Notes: generated by a model not told the origin, from the sequence alone. A stretch of 64,000 bases of DNA from Alphaproteobacteria bacterium (GCA_014190355.1 BJGH01000004.1:64021-128020), one strand, 5' to 3'; shown: positions 1-12,335, numbered from the stretch's first letter. Made by a program: numbers and translations.

Positions 1-845
1 AACTTCATCTCAATGATGCCAGCTTTGAATATGAAGCCGAAACTTCATCAGCCCTTGGCTATGGCTTTCGTTGTGGTTTTTTAGGATTATTGCATTTAGA
101 AATTATCCAAGAAAGATTGGAAAGAGAATTTGATTTAGATTTGATAACCACCGCTCCTTCAGTTGTTTATAAAATTCATCTGCGCAATAATGAAGTTGTA
201 GAAGTTCACAATGCTAGTGAAATGCCAGATCCAATGCATATTGAAAAAATGGAAGAACCATGGATTTTAGCAACAATTATGACTCCTGAAACTTATCTTG
301 GAGCAGTTTTAGATTTATGCACTCAAAAACGTGGAACTCAAAAAGAATTAAGCTATATCGGTGATCGCGTTATGCTTGTTTATCGCTTACCACTTAATGA
401 AATTGTTTATGATTTTTATGATCGACTAAAATCATGCTCTAAGGGTTATGCTAGTTTTGATTGGCAGATGGATGGTTATGAAGAAAGTCAATTAGCAAAA
501 TTAGCAATCATGGTGAACGGCGAAAATGTTGATGCTTTGTCATTTATTACTCATAAAAGCCGAGCTGAAAGCAGAGGTCGAGCAATTTGCTTAAAACTCA
601 AAGACTTAATTCCGCGTCAAATGTTTGCAATCGCCATTCAAGCAGCAATTGGAGGAAAAATTATTGCTCGCGAAACAGTTTCTGCGATGCGAAAAGATGT
701 TACAGCTAAATGCTACGGAGGAGATATTTCTCGTAAAAGAAAATTACTAGATAAACAAAAAAAAGGTAAGAAAAAAATGCGTGAGATTGGTAATGTTGAA
801 ATCCCGCAAAGCGCATTTTTAGCAGCTTTAAAACTTGATGACTAA
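1..845 (+). CDS. lepA: Elongation factor 4 (LepA), C-terminal part; the 5' end lies upstream of the window
   Basis: The frame is open from position 3. The translation [43 protein letters not shown]... matches the conserved LepA middle and C-terminal region. The TTG at 90 in the ORF track is internal. Confidence 0.9.
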   Translation, partial: LHLNDASFEYEAETSSALGYGFRCGFLGLLHLEIIQERLEREFDLDLITTAPSVVYKIHLRNNEVVEVHNASEMPDPMHIEKMEEPWILATIMTPETYLGAVLDLCTQKRGTQKELSYIGDRVMLVYRLPLNEIVYDFYDRLKSCSKGYASFDWQMDGYEESQLAKLAIMVNGENVDALSFITHKSRAESRGRAICLKLKDLIPRQMFAIAIQAAIGGKIIARETVSAMRKDVTAKCYGGDISRKRKLLDKQKKGKKKMREIGNVEIPQSAFLAALKLDD

Positions 846-999
846 ACAACATCATAAGTATTTTTAGTTATTATATTTTAAAGCTAACTTTTTTTATACA
901 AAAACTATTGACTTATATAAAAACTATTCGTTATAATTTAACTAAATTAACATTAAGTTAGTTTAATCATCATAATTAATACATCATATAAGCCCAGAT

Positions 1000-1614
1000 A
1001 TGCAACACCAAATTAAAGCCAATAGAGCTAATATTAACCTTCCCAAAAAATTCGATACCCTTACTTTTTCAAAAAATATGATTAAAGTTGGGATGGATAA
1101 AAAAATATCAGACGAACTTGCTTTAAATATCAATGGTCTTGAAACAATGAATTCTGAAAATATAAAATTTTGTTATCAAGCAACAGAAAATGATTTCAAT
1201 CTTTTTAAAATAGAATTTAAAAAAGATATTGATGATTTGAAACTAGAAATTGTTGAAATAAAAAAAGAAATCAAAGATCTTAAAAACGAAATCAAAGATC
1301 TAAGAAACGAATTTAACAACCTTGGTAAAGATGTTCTAATTATGCGAAATGAAATGACTTTATTTAAAATTGAAATAAGGCAAGAAATGCAAGACTTCAA
1401 GGATGAGATAAGAAAAGATATGCAAGATTTTAAAAGCGAGATAAATTTAACATTAAAATCATTTAAAGATGAATTCGATCTGAAAATTTCTAAAATGGCT
1501 ACTAAAGAGGAATTGCATAATGAGCTTCAAAAACTTAGTATGTCTATGACCATTAGAATGGGCATAATTATGAGCGCAGGAATTGGCATTATTAGCTATT
1601 TAATAAAATTTTAA
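1000..1614 (+). CDS. DUF1640-like coiled-coil protein with a C-terminal membrane anchor
   Basis: N-terminal 'FDTLTFSKNMIKVGMDKKISDELA', then long heptad-like repeats (EIKDLKNEIKDLRNEF, QDFKDEIRKDMQDFKSEI), then a C-terminal hydrophobic helix (GIIMSAGIGIISYLIKF). This pattern is recalled from the DUF1640/CCDC90 family. Confidence 0.55.
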   Translation: MQHQIKANRANINLPKKFDTLTFSKNMIKVGMDKKISDELALNINGLETMNSENIKFCYQATENDFNLFKIEFKKDIDDLKLEIVEIKKEIKDLKNEIKDLRNEFNNLGKDVLIMRNEMTLFKIEIRQEMQDFKDEIRKDMQDFKSEINLTLKSFKDEFDLKISKMATKEELHNELQKLSMSMTIRMGIIMSAGIGIISYLIKF

Positions 1615-1698
1615 TTGGTTTTTTATAAAAAATTTAAAGATTTAAATTAACTATCAACAAATTACTTAAAGAAATAAATCATAGTGATTTAATTGTTT

Positions 1699-2319
1699 TT
1701 AAGAAGAAATAGCGTTAAATATTTCTATTATTTTTGATTTTAAATTTGCAATATCTGAATTATTTTCAACAATGTAGTCTGCCAATTTAATTCTTTGTTG
1801 ATCTGTGATTTGCTTACTTCTTAAAAGCTCAAATTTTTTTATTAGATTGAAAATTTGTGGATCTTTTAAATTTGAAGAATCATAACCCAATCTCAATAAA
1901 TAACGCTTTAAACAAGTTTTTTCATCGGCAATTATGGCGATTAATTTATCAAATTTATAATGGTTATTTTCAAGTAATAATGGGATATTTAAAACAACTA
2001 GTTTTTCGTTATTTTCTTTAGAAATATTGATAAATTGTTGATAATTATTTCTTACTATTGGATGTATTATTTGCTCAATAATTTTTAGATTTTGTGGATC
2101 TGCAAGAATTAAATCGCCAAGAATTTTTCTATTAATGACACCGTTTTCATAAGAAAGAGGAAATTGTTTGGCAATCTCAAAAATTGCCTGCTGATCATCT
2201 TTAAAAATTTTATGAACAATTCTATCAGCATCAAAAACTGTAATCTTTAGACTTTCGAAAATTTTTGCGACAGTATCTTTACCGGAAGCTATTCCTCCAA
2301 TAATTCCAATAACTTTCAT
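1699..2319 (-). CDS. coaE: Dephospho-CoA kinase
   Basis: N-terminal P-loop IGIIGGIASGKDTV and a length of ~200 aa, typical of CoaE. Confidence 0.85.
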   Translation of the reverse strand: MKVIGIIGGIASGKDTVAKIFESLKITVFDADRIVHKIFKDDQQAIFEIAKQFPLSYENGVINRKILGDLILADPQNLKIIEQIIHPIVRNNYQQFINISKENNEKLVVLNIPLLLENNHYKFDKLIAIIADEKTCLKRYLLRLGYDSSNLKDPQIFNLIKKFELLRSKQITDQQRIKLADYIVENNSDIANLKSKIIEIFNAISS

Positions 2320-2333
2320 AACTTTTACAAAAG

Positions 2334-3779
2334 TTAAACTTCTAATTCCTTAGGGATTTCCAACGAAAAATCCAACAATTTTTCTCGCAAACTTAATTTT
2401 AAAGATTTTAAACTCTGCAAAGAATATCCTTCGCACCGAGCTACTAAAACTGGTTGAGTATTTGAAGCGCGAATTAACCACCAACCTTTACTTGAATCAA
2501 CCCTAACTCCATCAATATCATTAAAATTTTCTCCACTTTTTTTTAAGGATATTTTCAATTCTTCTACAATTTTAAATTTTTTTTCATCGCTACAATCAAT
2601 TCTGATTTCAGGGGTTGAAAAAGTTATTGGCAATTCCTTTCGCATTTGACTAAGCGATTTATTACTTAAAGCCAATATATTGATAATTCTGATTGCTGCA
2701 TAAAGTGCATCGTCAAAACCATAATACTTATCAGCGAAAAAAATATGTCCTGACATTTCTCCAGCTAATAATGCGTTGGTTTCCTTCATCTTGGATTTGA
2801 TTAATGAATGTCCAGTTTTCCACATTATTGCTTTACCAGAATTTTTGACAATTTCGTCAAACAATATTTTACTTGCTTTAACATCGGCAATAATAGTTGC
2901 ATTTTTATTATTTAACAAAATTTCCCGAGCAAAAAATACCATCAACTGATCTCCCCAAATAATTTCACCCTCATCATCAACAATTCCAATTCGATCTGCA
3001 TCTCCATCAAAAGCAATTCCAATATCACATTTGGTATTTTTAACTCTAGCAATTAAATCCACCAAATTACTTGGAACAGTTGGATCGGGATGATGATTAG
3101 GAAAATTACCATCAATTTCTTCAAACATAATTTCATGATCACCATAAATTCTTTTACTAAGAATTTTCATAATTTCTCCCCCTGCTCCATTACCAGAGTC
3201 CCAAGCAATTTTCAGTTTTTTATATGGCTTAAACTCATCAATTTCGTCGAGTAACTCACTAGACTCTTTTGCTAAAAGACAATCTTGTAAGATTCTCTCA
3301 ACATATTCATCTTTAACATCTGCCGTTTCCAAAACACCTTGTCCATCATAAAAATCATTGTCATCTAAAATTTTAGTTAGGTTAGTAATATCATCGCCAA
3401 AAAATGGTCGATCCTTGAGCATCATTTTAAAACCATTATGATTTCCTGGATTATGCGAACCTGTAACCATGATACCCGCGTCACAATTCAAATTATGTAA
3501 AGCAAAATAAAGCATTGGCGTTGGTCCAAGACCAGCATCAATAACATGCAATCCACTCGATTTTAAACCATGAATTAAACGCTCTTTTAATAATGGGGAA
3601 CTCAATCTCCCATCGCATGCAACAACTATTTTACCTTGCCGATTATTTTTTAAAAAACTTGCGAAACATTTTCCTAAAAAATAACCATCATTATCAAAAA
3701 GGGTTTCATTATAAATTCCCCTTATATCGTAAGCTCTCAAAATTGAAGAATGAAACTCATGTTTTTTTATAGCTTTCAT
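2334..3779 (-). CDS. Phosphomannomutase/phosphoglucomutase (alpha-D-phosphohexomutase)
   Basis: Active-site loop VTGSHNPGNHNGFK, metal-binding loop FDGDADRIG and sugar loop GEMSGH. Confidence 0.85.
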   Translation of the reverse strand: MKAIKKHEFHSSILRAYDIRGIYNETLFDNDGYFLGKCFASFLKNNRQGKIVVACDGRLSSPLLKERLIHGLKSSGLHVIDAGLGPTPMLYFALHNLNCDAGIMVTGSHNPGNHNGFKMMLKDRPFFGDDITNLTKILDDNDFYDGQGVLETADVKDEYVERILQDCLLAKESSELLDEIDEFKPYKKLKIAWDSGNGAGGEIMKILSKRIYGDHEIMFEEIDGNFPNHHPDPTVPSNLVDLIARVKNTKCDIGIAFDGDADRIGIVDDEGEIIWGDQLMVFFAREILLNNKNATIIADVKASKILFDEIVKNSGKAIMWKTGHSLIKSKMKETNALLAGEMSGHIFFADKYYGFDDALYAAIRIINILALSNKSLSQMRKELPITFSTPEIRIDCSDEKKFKIVEELKISLKKSGENFNDIDGVRVDSSKGWWLIRASNTQPVLVARCEGYSLQSLKSLKLSLREKLLDFSLEIPKELEV

Positions 3780-3837
3780 AACTAATAAAGTTTGTATTAA
3801 ATTTAGTAAAATAATTAATAGTTAAATAATTAGAAGG

Positions 3838-4689
3838 TTAACTTTTAAGAGAAGATAACTTCCCTTCGGTTGGCGATGAAGCATTACCATAGATTTTTTT
3901 TGGCATTCTTCCTGCTAAAAAAGCTAATCTTCCAGATTCAACCGCTAATTTCATTGCTCTTGCCATGGTAATAGGGTTTTTTGCTTTTGCAATTGCAGTA
4001 TTCATTAATACTCCATCACAACCAATTTCCATAGCAATTGTTGCATCAGAAGCTGTTCCAACTCCAGCATCAATTAAAACGGGAACTTTAGCTTGCTCAA
4101 CAATTAACTCAATATTTAAACGATTTTGAATACCAAGTCCAGATCCAATCGGAGCTCCTAGAGGCATTATTGCACAACATCCAATATCCTGCAATTCCTG
4201 AGCAACTATTGGATCATCTGAAGTATAAACCATAACTTCAAAACCGTCCTTGATCAACATTTCACTGGCTTTGATTGTTTCAACAACTTTAGGATATAAG
4301 GTTTTTTCATCTGATAAAACTTCAAGCTTAACTAAGTTCCAACCACCTGCCATTCTTGCTAATCTTAGAGTTCTCACTGCATCCTGAGCCGAAAAACATC
4401 CTGCAGTGTTGGGAAGATAAGTATATTTTTTGGGATCTAAATAATCTTGCAGCATTGGCTGATCAGATTTTTCAATATTCACCCTTCTTAATGCAACTGT
4501 AACGATTTGCGCTCCTGATTCTTCAATAGCCCGAGCAGTTTGAGTAAAGTCATAATATTTTCCAGTTCCAACCAACAATCTTGAGCTAAATTTTTTTCCA
4601 GCAATTTCAAAATAATCATCAGCAATCTTGTCTGAAAAATTATTGGGGTTTGGCTTATTTATTTTTTTTTCTAAATCACTCATAGTCAA
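3838..4689 (-). CDS. thiG: Thiazole synthase ThiG
   Basis: [19 protein letters not shown]...VTVALRR...LPNTAGC...[10 protein letters not shown] is the ThiG pattern. The N-terminal ~25 aa may be an over-extension of the ORF. Confidence 0.85.
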   Translation of the reverse strand: MTMSDLEKKINKPNPNNFSDKIADDYFEIAGKKFSSRLLVGTGKYYDFTQTARAIEESGAQIVTVALRRVNIEKSDQPMLQDYLDPKKYTYLPNTAGCFSAQDAVRTLRLARMAGGWNLVKLEVLSDEKTLYPKVVETIKASEMLIKDGFEVMVYTSDDPIVAQELQDIGCCAIMPLGAPIGSGLGIQNRLNIELIVEQAKVPVLIDAGVGTASDATIAMEIGCDGVLMNTAIAKAKNPITMARAMKLAVESGRLAFLAGRMPKKIYGNASSPTEGKLSSLKS

Positions 4690-4696
4690 TAATCTT

Positions 4697-5434
4697 TTAA
4701 AATCGAGCAGGAAAAATTGTTACTAAAAACAAAACCAATGGAGCCAAAAGCATCATGCCATCCATTCGATCAAGAACTCCACCATGACCTGGGATAATAT
4801 TTCCAGAATCTTTTACTCCAAAAATTCTTTTAAATTTTGATTCGACTAAATCACTAATTTGTTCAACTATCGATAAAAATGCTGAAAGAAAAATAAAAAA
4901 CATCACCCCCCCCGCAAACATAAAAGAGCTCATAAAACCAATAATCATACTAGCAATAATTCCTCCAACCATTCCAGACCAAGTCTTATTAGGACTGATG
5001 CTTGGAGCAAGTTTTACTCCTCCAAGCATTTTTCCTGCAAAGAATGCAAAAATATCTGTCGACCAAATAACCGCAAACATCCAGAATAAAACTTCACTAC
5101 TATAAAATCTTAATTTAATTACTGAGTAAATCGGGATGAGTATATAAAAAAAACCGATAATTCGCCATTTTTTTTGATCAACTTGATTCTTTGAAATATC
5201 CAACCATTCCGCAGTCATCATGATAGCGATAGCGATGGCGATGAACATGAACAAATCTTTAGAATAAAAAATTGCAATCAAAGCAATTGGCACGAGAATA
5301 GTTGCTGAAATTATTCTTTGCTTAGTATTCTCGCGAGGATCAAGAAAGTGAATTTGAGCAACAATTTTATTAAATAAAACTGCGAAAGGGTGAAAAATTT
5401 TTTTGATTACTTTAGGAATTCTATCTTTTTCCAT
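4697..5434 (-). CDS. cdsA: Phosphatidate cytidylyltransferase (CDP-diglyceride synthase)
   Basis: Multi-TM protein with the C-terminal signature [28 protein letters not shown] placed the start at the ATG at 5432..5434 (MEKDRIP). The longer ORF to 5512 would run 92 nt into uppS. Confidence 0.8.
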   Translation of the reverse strand: MEKDRIPKVIKKIFHPFAVLFNKIVAQIHFLDPRENTKQRIISATILVPIALIAIFYSKDLFMFIAIAIAIMMTAEWLDISKNQVDQKKWRIIGFFYILIPIYSVIKLRFYSSEVLFWMFAVIWSTDIFAFFAGKMLGGVKLAPSISPNKTWSGMVGGIIASMIIGFMSSFMFAGGVMFFIFLSAFLSIVEQISDLVESKFKRIFGVKDSGNIIPGHGGVLDRMDGMMLLAPLVLFLVTIFPARF

Positions 5435-6161
5435 ATCTTCTCTCTCTTTGGTTAAAATTTTCAATAGCTTCAAGTAAATTTTTTTTAGCAAAATCTGGCC
5501 AATAAACCTCACTAAAATAAAGCTCAGTATAGGCAGCCTGCCATAAAAAAAAGTTACTTAAACGCAAATCTCCAGCAGTTCTAATTAATAAATCTGGATC
5601 TGGAATATCTGGTTGATAAAGGTTTTTTTTAAACAAGTCTTCATCAATTTCTTCAAGCTTAATATCATTGTTGCTAACTGCAAGAGCGATCTTTTTGGTT
5701 GCTTCAATTATTTCATGACGCGATCCATAAGAAAAAGCAACATTGAGAATAAGAACTTTATTATTTTTAGTTTTTTCTGAAATATCTTGAATTTTTTGAC
5801 GAAGATTTTCTTCGACTTTAGTTAAATCACCAGAAACAGTTAAGCGTATATTTTTTTTAAGAAAATCATTTTTTTGATTATCAAGATAATCCTCCAAAAG
5901 CTTAATCAGATAAGATACTTCCTTTTTAGGTCGATTCCAATTTTCAGTAGAAAAAGCATAAACTGATAGGATTTTAACTCCTAATTCAATACAGTCTTGA
6001 GAAATTTTTTTTAAATTTTGTGCACCAGATTTATGACCCATTTGTAATGGAAGGGCTTTGGTTTTAGCCCATCTAGCATTTCCATCCATAATAATGGCAA
6101 TATGTTCAGGAATTTTTAAGTTAGGCGATTTATTTTGCTTTTTTTTTAACTTTCTAAGCAT
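5421..6161 (-). CDS. uppS: Undecaprenyl diphosphate synthase (isoprenyl transferase)
   Basis: IPEHIAIIMDGNARWA, VYAFSTENWNRP and RTAGDLRLSNFFLWQAAYTELYF motifs. Confidence 0.9.
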   Translation of the reverse strand: MLRKLKKKQNKSPNLKIPEHIAIIMDGNARWAKTKALPLQMGHKSGAQNLKKISQDCIELGVKILSVYAFSTENWNRPKKEVSYLIKLLEDYLDNQKNDFLKKNIRLTVSGDLTKVEENLRQKIQDISEKTKNNKVLILNVAFSYGSRHEIIEATKKIALAVSNNDIKLEEIDEDLFKKNLYQPDIPDPDLLIRTAGDLRLSNFFLWQAAYTELYFSEVYWPDFAKKNLLEAIENFNQRERRYGKR

Positions 6162-6164
6162 TTT

Positions 6165-6716
6165 TTAAACTTTCATTAAATCCTTTTCTTTTAAAGTAAC
6201 CATTTCATCAACCTTGGTAACAAACTCATCAGTAATTTTCTGAACAATATCATTAAAACTATGGGCCTGATCTTTACCTAATTCCTTTTCATTTTTTTTA
6301 AATTCATCAAGAATATCTCGGCGAATATTGCGTAACGCAACTTTTTTATCTTCGCCATATTTTTTAGCTAATTTTGCCAAATCTTTTCTTCTTTCCTCAC
6401 TTAGCTTTGGAATAGCTATACGAATTGTGGTTCCCTCGCTCATTGGATTGAAACCAAGATTAGCATTCAAAATTGCCTTCTCAATTGATTTAACTGATTC
6501 CTTATCCCAGGCCTGAATTAGAAGGGTTGTAGCTTCTGGAACAGAAATATTTGCCAGCTGACTGATTGGCATCATGCTTCCATATATCTCCACTCTAATA
6601 GCGTCCAGCAAATTTGGATTTGCTCTTCCCGTTGAAATACTATCCATATCTCTTTTTAAAGATTGGATAGTTTCATCCATTTTTTTTCGTAATTTATCTG
6701 TAAGTTGATTAATCAT
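6165..6716 (-). CDS. frr: Ribosome recycling factor
   Basis: 183 aa with ISTGRANPNLLD and IPKLSEERRKDLAK motifs. It sits in the conserved pyrH-frr-uppS-cdsA order. Confidence 0.92.
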   Translation of the reverse strand: MINQLTDKLRKKMDETIQSLKRDMDSISTGRANPNLLDAIRVEIYGSMMPISQLANISVPEATTLLIQAWDKESVKSIEKAILNANLGFNPMSEGTTIRIAIPKLSEERRKDLAKLAKKYGEDKKVALRNIRRDILDEFKKNEKELGKDQAHSFNDIVQKITDEFVTKVDEMVTLKEKDLMKV

Positions 6717-6788
6717 AAATATTTTGATTTATTGTTAATGTTTAACTATTTATAATATTTCTTAAAAAAATAAAGAAATATTATTTTT

Positions 6789-7502
6789 TTAATTAATTAT
6801 TGTAAACTTTCCTACACCCTCAACAACTTCTTTTAGGGAGTTTTGTCCTTTAATAGAAAATACCACTATTGGCAATTTATTATCTTTAGCAAGGGTAATA
6901 GCTGTCTGATCCATTACTCGCAAATCTTGTTTAATAACATCAAGATAATTCAGTTTATCATAGCGGGTAGCAGTTTTATCGAGTTTTGGATCGGCACTGT
7001 AAACTCCATCAACTTGAGTTCCTTTGAGAATAACATCACAGTTCATTTCAATTGCTCTAAGGACTGCCGCAGTGTCTGTAGTAAAAAAAGGATTACCAGT
7101 TCCAGCTGAAAAAATTACTACTCTTTGTTTTTCCAAATGTCTTACCGCTCTTCGCTTGATATATGGCTCACAAATGCTATTCATGGGAATTGCTGAAAGC
7201 ATTCTGGTATCAATTCCTTCTTTTTCCAAAGCACTTTGCAAAGCAAGACCATTAATACAAGTAGCTAACATCCCCATATAATCAGCAGTAACTCTTTCAA
7301 TACCTTGGGCAGCTTTAGATATTCCTCGAAAAATATTACCACCCCCAATCACAATTGCAACTTCACAACCCAATTTATGAGCCGAGACTACTTGATGACA
7401 AATTTTGGTAATTGCTTTAGATTCATGACCAAATTCTTGCTCACCCATCATAGCCTCCCCAGATACTTTAAACAAAATTCTTTTAAACTTTAACTTGGTC
7501 AT
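6789..7502 (-). CDS. pyrH: UMP kinase
   Basis: [11 protein letters not shown]..., [11 protein letters not shown] and FFTTDTAA motifs; 237 aa. Confidence 0.92.
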   Translation of the reverse strand: MTKLKFKRILFKVSGEAMMGEQEFGHESKAITKICHQVVSAHKLGCEVAIVIGGGNIFRGISKAAQGIERVTADYMGMLATCINGLALQSALEKEGIDTRMLSAIPMNSICEPYIKRRAVRHLEKQRVVIFSAGTGNPFFTTDTAAVLRAIEMNCDVILKGTQVDGVYSADPKLDKTATRYDKLNYLDVIKQDLRVMDQTAITLAKDNKLPIVVFSIKGQNSLKEVVEGVGKFTIIN

Positions 7503-7620
7503 TTTGATATTTTTTTATTAATATGATATTTTAAATTAGTTGAATTATTTTTTTAATTTTATTGAAATCAATTTAATAGTTAAAAAAATTTGTTTTTTTA
7601 AATAAAAACAAAATACGAAC

Positions 7621-8394
7621 TTATCTTCGTAGAGCTGATAAATTTTTTATAGTCAGATTTTTGGTATTTACTTGATTTTTTAAGGAATCAGATAATATAC
7701 CATCATAAGTCTTTAAATTATCGCTATTAGCAATTTGAAAGTTTTGCTGCTGATCTTTATCAACAGATTTGGCTATCAAATTTGACTGAGCAGAATCATT
7801 TTGTATTTTAACAACTTTATCAATAATCTTAACTTGGCTTTCTACACCGAAAACATCAGCTTTTTCAATCCAGCCTTTTTTTCCGTTAATCTTGATAATA
7901 CACCATTCATCTTCGCATTTAACATATTCGCCTATCACAAAATTTTCTAAACGATATACTAAATGAGCATCAAAACTTTTTTTTCTTCTTAACTCGACCG
8001 TAGGTTTTTTACTATAAACCATCAATGTTCTTTTTTTGGTCAATAAACTTTGCGTAACCCAACCGGTATGACCATCATAGTCCTCGATCTCATTCCAATT
8101 ATCATATTCACTAATAACTCTAACGGGCACACCTTTAACCTTGTAAGTAAATTTAATAGGATAGTTTTGTCCAGGACCAGAGCGAACATTGGTTTCATTG
8201 GCTCGCAATGATGAAAAGTAATTAACTTCTTGAATTTGTTTAGTTGCCCAAGCTTGTGATAACGAAGAAAAAATAAAAAAAATTGATAAAAAAATATTTC
8301 TATAATTGTTCTTAAAAATTTTAGAAAGAACTGATAAACTTGATAAAAGAAAATCGTTTTTTAAGAATTTTTTAGAATTTATCCAAATTGCCAT
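7621..8394 (-). CDS. Secreted SH3b-domain protein with a low-complexity C-terminal tail
   Basis: N-terminal hydrophobic signal-like segment, then two SH3b-like segments (NVRSGPGQNYPIKF...WNEIEDYDGHTGWV; ...EWCIIKINGKKGWIEKADVFG). Confidence 0.55.
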   Translation of the reverse strand: MAIWINSKKFLKNDFLLSSLSVLSKIFKNNYRNIFLSIFFIFSSLSQAWATKQIQEVNYFSSLRANETNVRSGPGQNYPIKFTYKVKGVPVRVISEYDNWNEIEDYDGHTGWVTQSLLTKKRTLMVYSKKPTVELRRKKSFDAHLVYRLENFVIGEYVKCEDEWCIIKINGKKGWIEKADVFGVESQVKIIDKVVKIQNDSAQSNLIAKSVDKDQQQNFQIANSDNLKTYDGILSDSLKNQVNTKNLTIKNLSALRR

Positions 8395-8406
8395 GTGTTT
8401 ATACTA

Positions 8407-9780
8407 TTATTTTTTTGATTTGTTAAAATGAAAAGTCTTAGCACCTAATTCAATATTTTTTTGGGAAGCTCTAGCTATTGCTAAGTCATCATGATTTATA
8501 TTTTTGGTAATTACACTTCCTGCACCTACTAACGAGCGATCCCCTATTTTTAGGGGCGCAACCAATGCAGTATTTGAGCCAATAAAAACCTCTTTACCAA
8601 CAATAGTTTGATGTTTGTTATAACCATCGTAGTTGCAAGTAATTACTCCCGCTCCTATATTTGATTGCTCACCAACTTCAGCATCACCAATGTAACTTAA
8701 GTGATTTATTTTTGCTCCTTTTTTAATTTGAGATTTTTTTATTTCAACAAAATTTCCAATTTTAACATCTTGCTCTATCACAGTATTGGGACGAATTCTA
8801 GCAAATGGACCAATAACGCTTCCGCTATGAATTTTTGCTCCTTCAATGTGACAAAAAGATTTAATTTCAACATTACTTTCAATTTCCACCCCTTCACCAA
8901 ATACAACATTTGGATGAATAATGACATCATTGCTAATTTTAGTATCGAAACTAAAAAAAACTGTTTTACCTGCTAAAATAGTAACACCATCGGCAAGCAT
9001 ATTTTGACGAATTTGTTTTTGTTTAATTTTTTCAAGATTGGCTAATTCTGCCCTTGAATTAACTCCCAAAACTTCAACATTGTTAGTCTTAATAAAACTT
9101 CTTTTTAAACCCAACTTTTGAGCAATTGCTACGATATCTGTTAGGTAGTATTCTTGAGCTTGATTTTTGTTGTCAACCTTACTTATCAAACGATCAATTT
9201 CTTGTCCAGCTATTGCCACGACCCCTGAGTTACACAGATTGATCTGACGCTGTAAAGCATTAGCATCTTTAAACTCCACAATTTCTTGAAGATACCCCTG
9301 ATCATCAACAATAAGTCTTCCATAAGAATTCTCTTCATCATCTTCAAAAGCAAGAACACAAAGACTTGAGTCCTCGAGTTTAACTAACATTTTTTTTAAA
9401 GTTTGCGAAGTTATAAGGGGTGTATCCCCATAGAGAACCAAAATTTTTTTGGCAAGATTTGGTGATTTTTTTTTCAAATAATTTATTGCACAACTAACAG
9501 CATGAGCTGTTCCAAGCCTTTGATCCTGAACAACAAAATCAATATTTAGATTATTCTTTGTTAAGTATTTTTGGTGATTTTTTTCAATTAAAGATTGATA
9601 ATTTAAAAAATCATCAGCTACTACTAAACATAAGTTCTTTGGGCTAAGCTCTAAAGCCTGATCAATTACCATATCAATCATTGAGCGATTTGCAATTTTA
9701 TGCAAAACTTTAGGTAAATTAGATTTCATTCTACTTCCTTTACCTGCGCTAAGAATAATGATTGATAGGTCGTTGTTCAT
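8407..9780 (-). CDS. glmU: Bifunctional GlcNAc-1-P uridyltransferase / GlcN-1-P acetyltransferase
   Basis: N-terminal ILSAGKGSRMKSNLPKVLH nucleotidyltransferase motif plus C-terminal left-handed beta-helix hexapeptide repeats; 457 aa. Confidence 0.9.
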   Translation of the reverse strand: MNNDLSIIILSAGKGSRMKSNLPKVLHKIANRSMIDMVIDQALELSPKNLCLVVADDFLNYQSLIEKNHQKYLTKNNLNIDFVVQDQRLGTAHAVSCAINYLKKKSPNLAKKILVLYGDTPLITSQTLKKMLVKLEDSSLCVLAFEDDEENSYGRLIVDDQGYLQEIVEFKDANALQRQINLCNSGVVAIAGQEIDRLISKVDNKNQAQEYYLTDIVAIAQKLGLKRSFIKTNNVEVLGVNSRAELANLEKIKQKQIRQNMLADGVTILAGKTVFFSFDTKISNDVIIHPNVVFGEGVEIESNVEIKSFCHIEGAKIHSGSVIGPFARIRPNTVIEQDVKIGNFVEIKKSQIKKGAKINHLSYIGDAEVGEQSNIGAGVITCNYDGYNKHQTIVGKEVFIGSNTALVAPLKIGDRSLVGAGSVITKNINHDDLAIARASQKNIELGAKTFHFNKSKK

Positions 9781-9783
9781 ATT

Positions 9784-10851
<1,068 letters not shown>

Positions 10852-11027
10852 TTACTTTAAGAAAGGTTATGAGTTAATAAAATTTTTAGTAAAAAAATAT
10901 ATATAAAGCTTAAGAACTTAAATTGATAAGTCAAGCTCTCGAACTGATCTTAAAATTATTTTTAATCAGTAACTGAAATTTTAAGATTAATTTACAATTA
11001 TCAAAGAATTATTAAAATTATTAAAAA

Positions 11028-11753
11028 CTACAATAATTTTAATTGCTTTAAATTATTAGCGGTTATTTTTTTTTCATACCAAGCTCTCCCAACTATTGCT
11101 CCAACAATTCCATCATTTTCAAGATTTTTAATTTTTAGAAGATCATCAATACTAGCAACCCCCCCAGAAACAATTACTGGAATTTTTATTGACTTAGCTA
11201 AAGACAAAGTACCAATCTCATCAAAGCCAGTTAAGGTTCCATCGCGCGATGTATCAGTATAAATTATTGAAGCTAACTTACATTCATTAAATTTTTTTGC
11301 CAATTCAATTACTGAGTGTTTAGATTGCTCTGTCCATCCGTTTGTTAGGACTTGAGATTTTTTAGCATCAATGCCTAGAATAATTCTTTGTGGATATTTT
11401 TCACAAGCCTGAAAAACCAAATCAGGATTATTAACCGCAACAGTTCCAAGAATAACTCGCCAAACCCCTGCTTCAAACCAACTGTCTATATCTTTCATTG
11501 ATCTGATTCCCCCTCCCAACTGAACCTTAATAATATTTTTTTTTATAATTTCACTTACTATTGCATAATTTATTGAGCTTCCAGCTAAAGCACCATCTAA
11601 ATCAACCACATGCAGATATTCAAAACCGCACGAGGCAAATTCTAAAGCTTGTTGAACAGGATTTTCGTTGAAAACTGTTGCAGAACTCATATGACCTTGA
11701 TAAAGCCTTACGCACTTTCCATCTTTTAAGTCAATTGCAGGGAAGATAATCAT
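11028..11753 (-). CDS. hisA: ProFAR isomerase HisA
   Basis: MIIFPAIDLKDGKCVRL..., VQLGGGIRS, ...IYTDTSRDGTLTG, VIVSGGVAS. This is the HisA (beta/alpha)8 pattern. Confidence 0.85.
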   Translation of the reverse strand: MIIFPAIDLKDGKCVRLYQGHMSSATVFNENPVQQALEFASCGFEYLHVVDLDGALAGSSINYAIVSEIIKKNIIKVQLGGGIRSMKDIDSWFEAGVWRVILGTVAVNNPDLVFQACEKYPQRIILGIDAKKSQVLTNGWTEQSKHSVIELAKKFNECKLASIIYTDTSRDGTLTGFDEIGTLSLAKSIKIPVIVSGGVASIDDLLKIKNLENDGIVGAIVGRAWYEKKITANNLKQLKLL

Positions 11754-12062
11754 AAAGAAATTAATGTGTTGATTTTTATTAGATAAAAATAATTAAAATT
11801 AATTAACAACAAACCAAAAAATTTAATATTAAATTTCAAAAATTGATAAAATTATAATTAAGTAATTTATATCTTTCTATAAAATTAATATCAAATTTGA
11901 TCGTTTTTTAAGATTTAGGTAACTTATGATTTAAAAAAATAAAAGTTAAATTTAATAATAAAAATTTAATTAGTTTTAACTTGAGTATTTTATACTAGAG
12001 AGCTAAATTAATTTTTTAAGGAAAAATTTAAAAAATTATTTTTTAATAAAAAATCTATTACA

Positions 12063-12335
12063 ATGTTAATAAAAATTTTTTTAAAAATCTGGCCAGCACT
12101 AATCCCGATTGTTTTATTTTTAATTTATAAATTGATTGTCGTTAAGTTAATTAATCGAATAAAAAATAAAAATAAAACCATAGAAGGTGAAAAAATTGTT
12201 GGTAACTCATCAACTAATCCTCAACCCAGAAATCCAGAAAAATTTTTTGATTTAAATGATAAAAACCTTATTATTATCCTTTACCTAAGTATAATAACAA
12301 TGATTCTTTGTCTAATAATACTAGCTTTCAATTAA
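12063..12335 (+). CDS. Hypothetical small membrane protein (weak call)
   Basis: It is the only ORF in a ~1 kb AT-rich spacer. It has hydrophobic N- and C-terminal helices but no recognisable family. Confidence 0.25.
   Translation: MLIKIFLKIWPALIPIVLFLIYKLIVVKLINRIKNKNKTIEGEKIVGNSSTNPQPRNPEKFFDLNDKNLIIILYLSIITMILCLIILAFN

Noticed and set aside
1176-1400. Other antisense or nested ORFs in the track: 1176..1400, 6328..6516, 6843..7493 set, 8701..8976, 13350..13589, 18630..18812, 19259..19465, 23212..23445, 28235..28929 set, 29578..29856, 30660..31348 set, 32910..33134, 33242..33442, 34518..34817, 36471..36710, 40268..40501, 41833..42015, 42164..42898 set, 44108..44326, 45156..45793 set, 47858..48040, 48375..49269 set, 52290..52499, 54375..54575, 55168..55530 set, 56042..56224, 56985..57215, 58812..59000
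   Set aside because: All are embedded in or opposite well-supported genes. They are short, low-complexity (S/L/F/I/K-rich) and have no recognisable motifs, so I treat them as frame shadows.
5435-5512. N-terminal 26-codon extension of the cdsA ORF
   Set aside because: It would overlap the 3' end of uppS by 92 nt. The internal ATG at 5434 gives a normal-length CdsA with only a 14-nt overlap.
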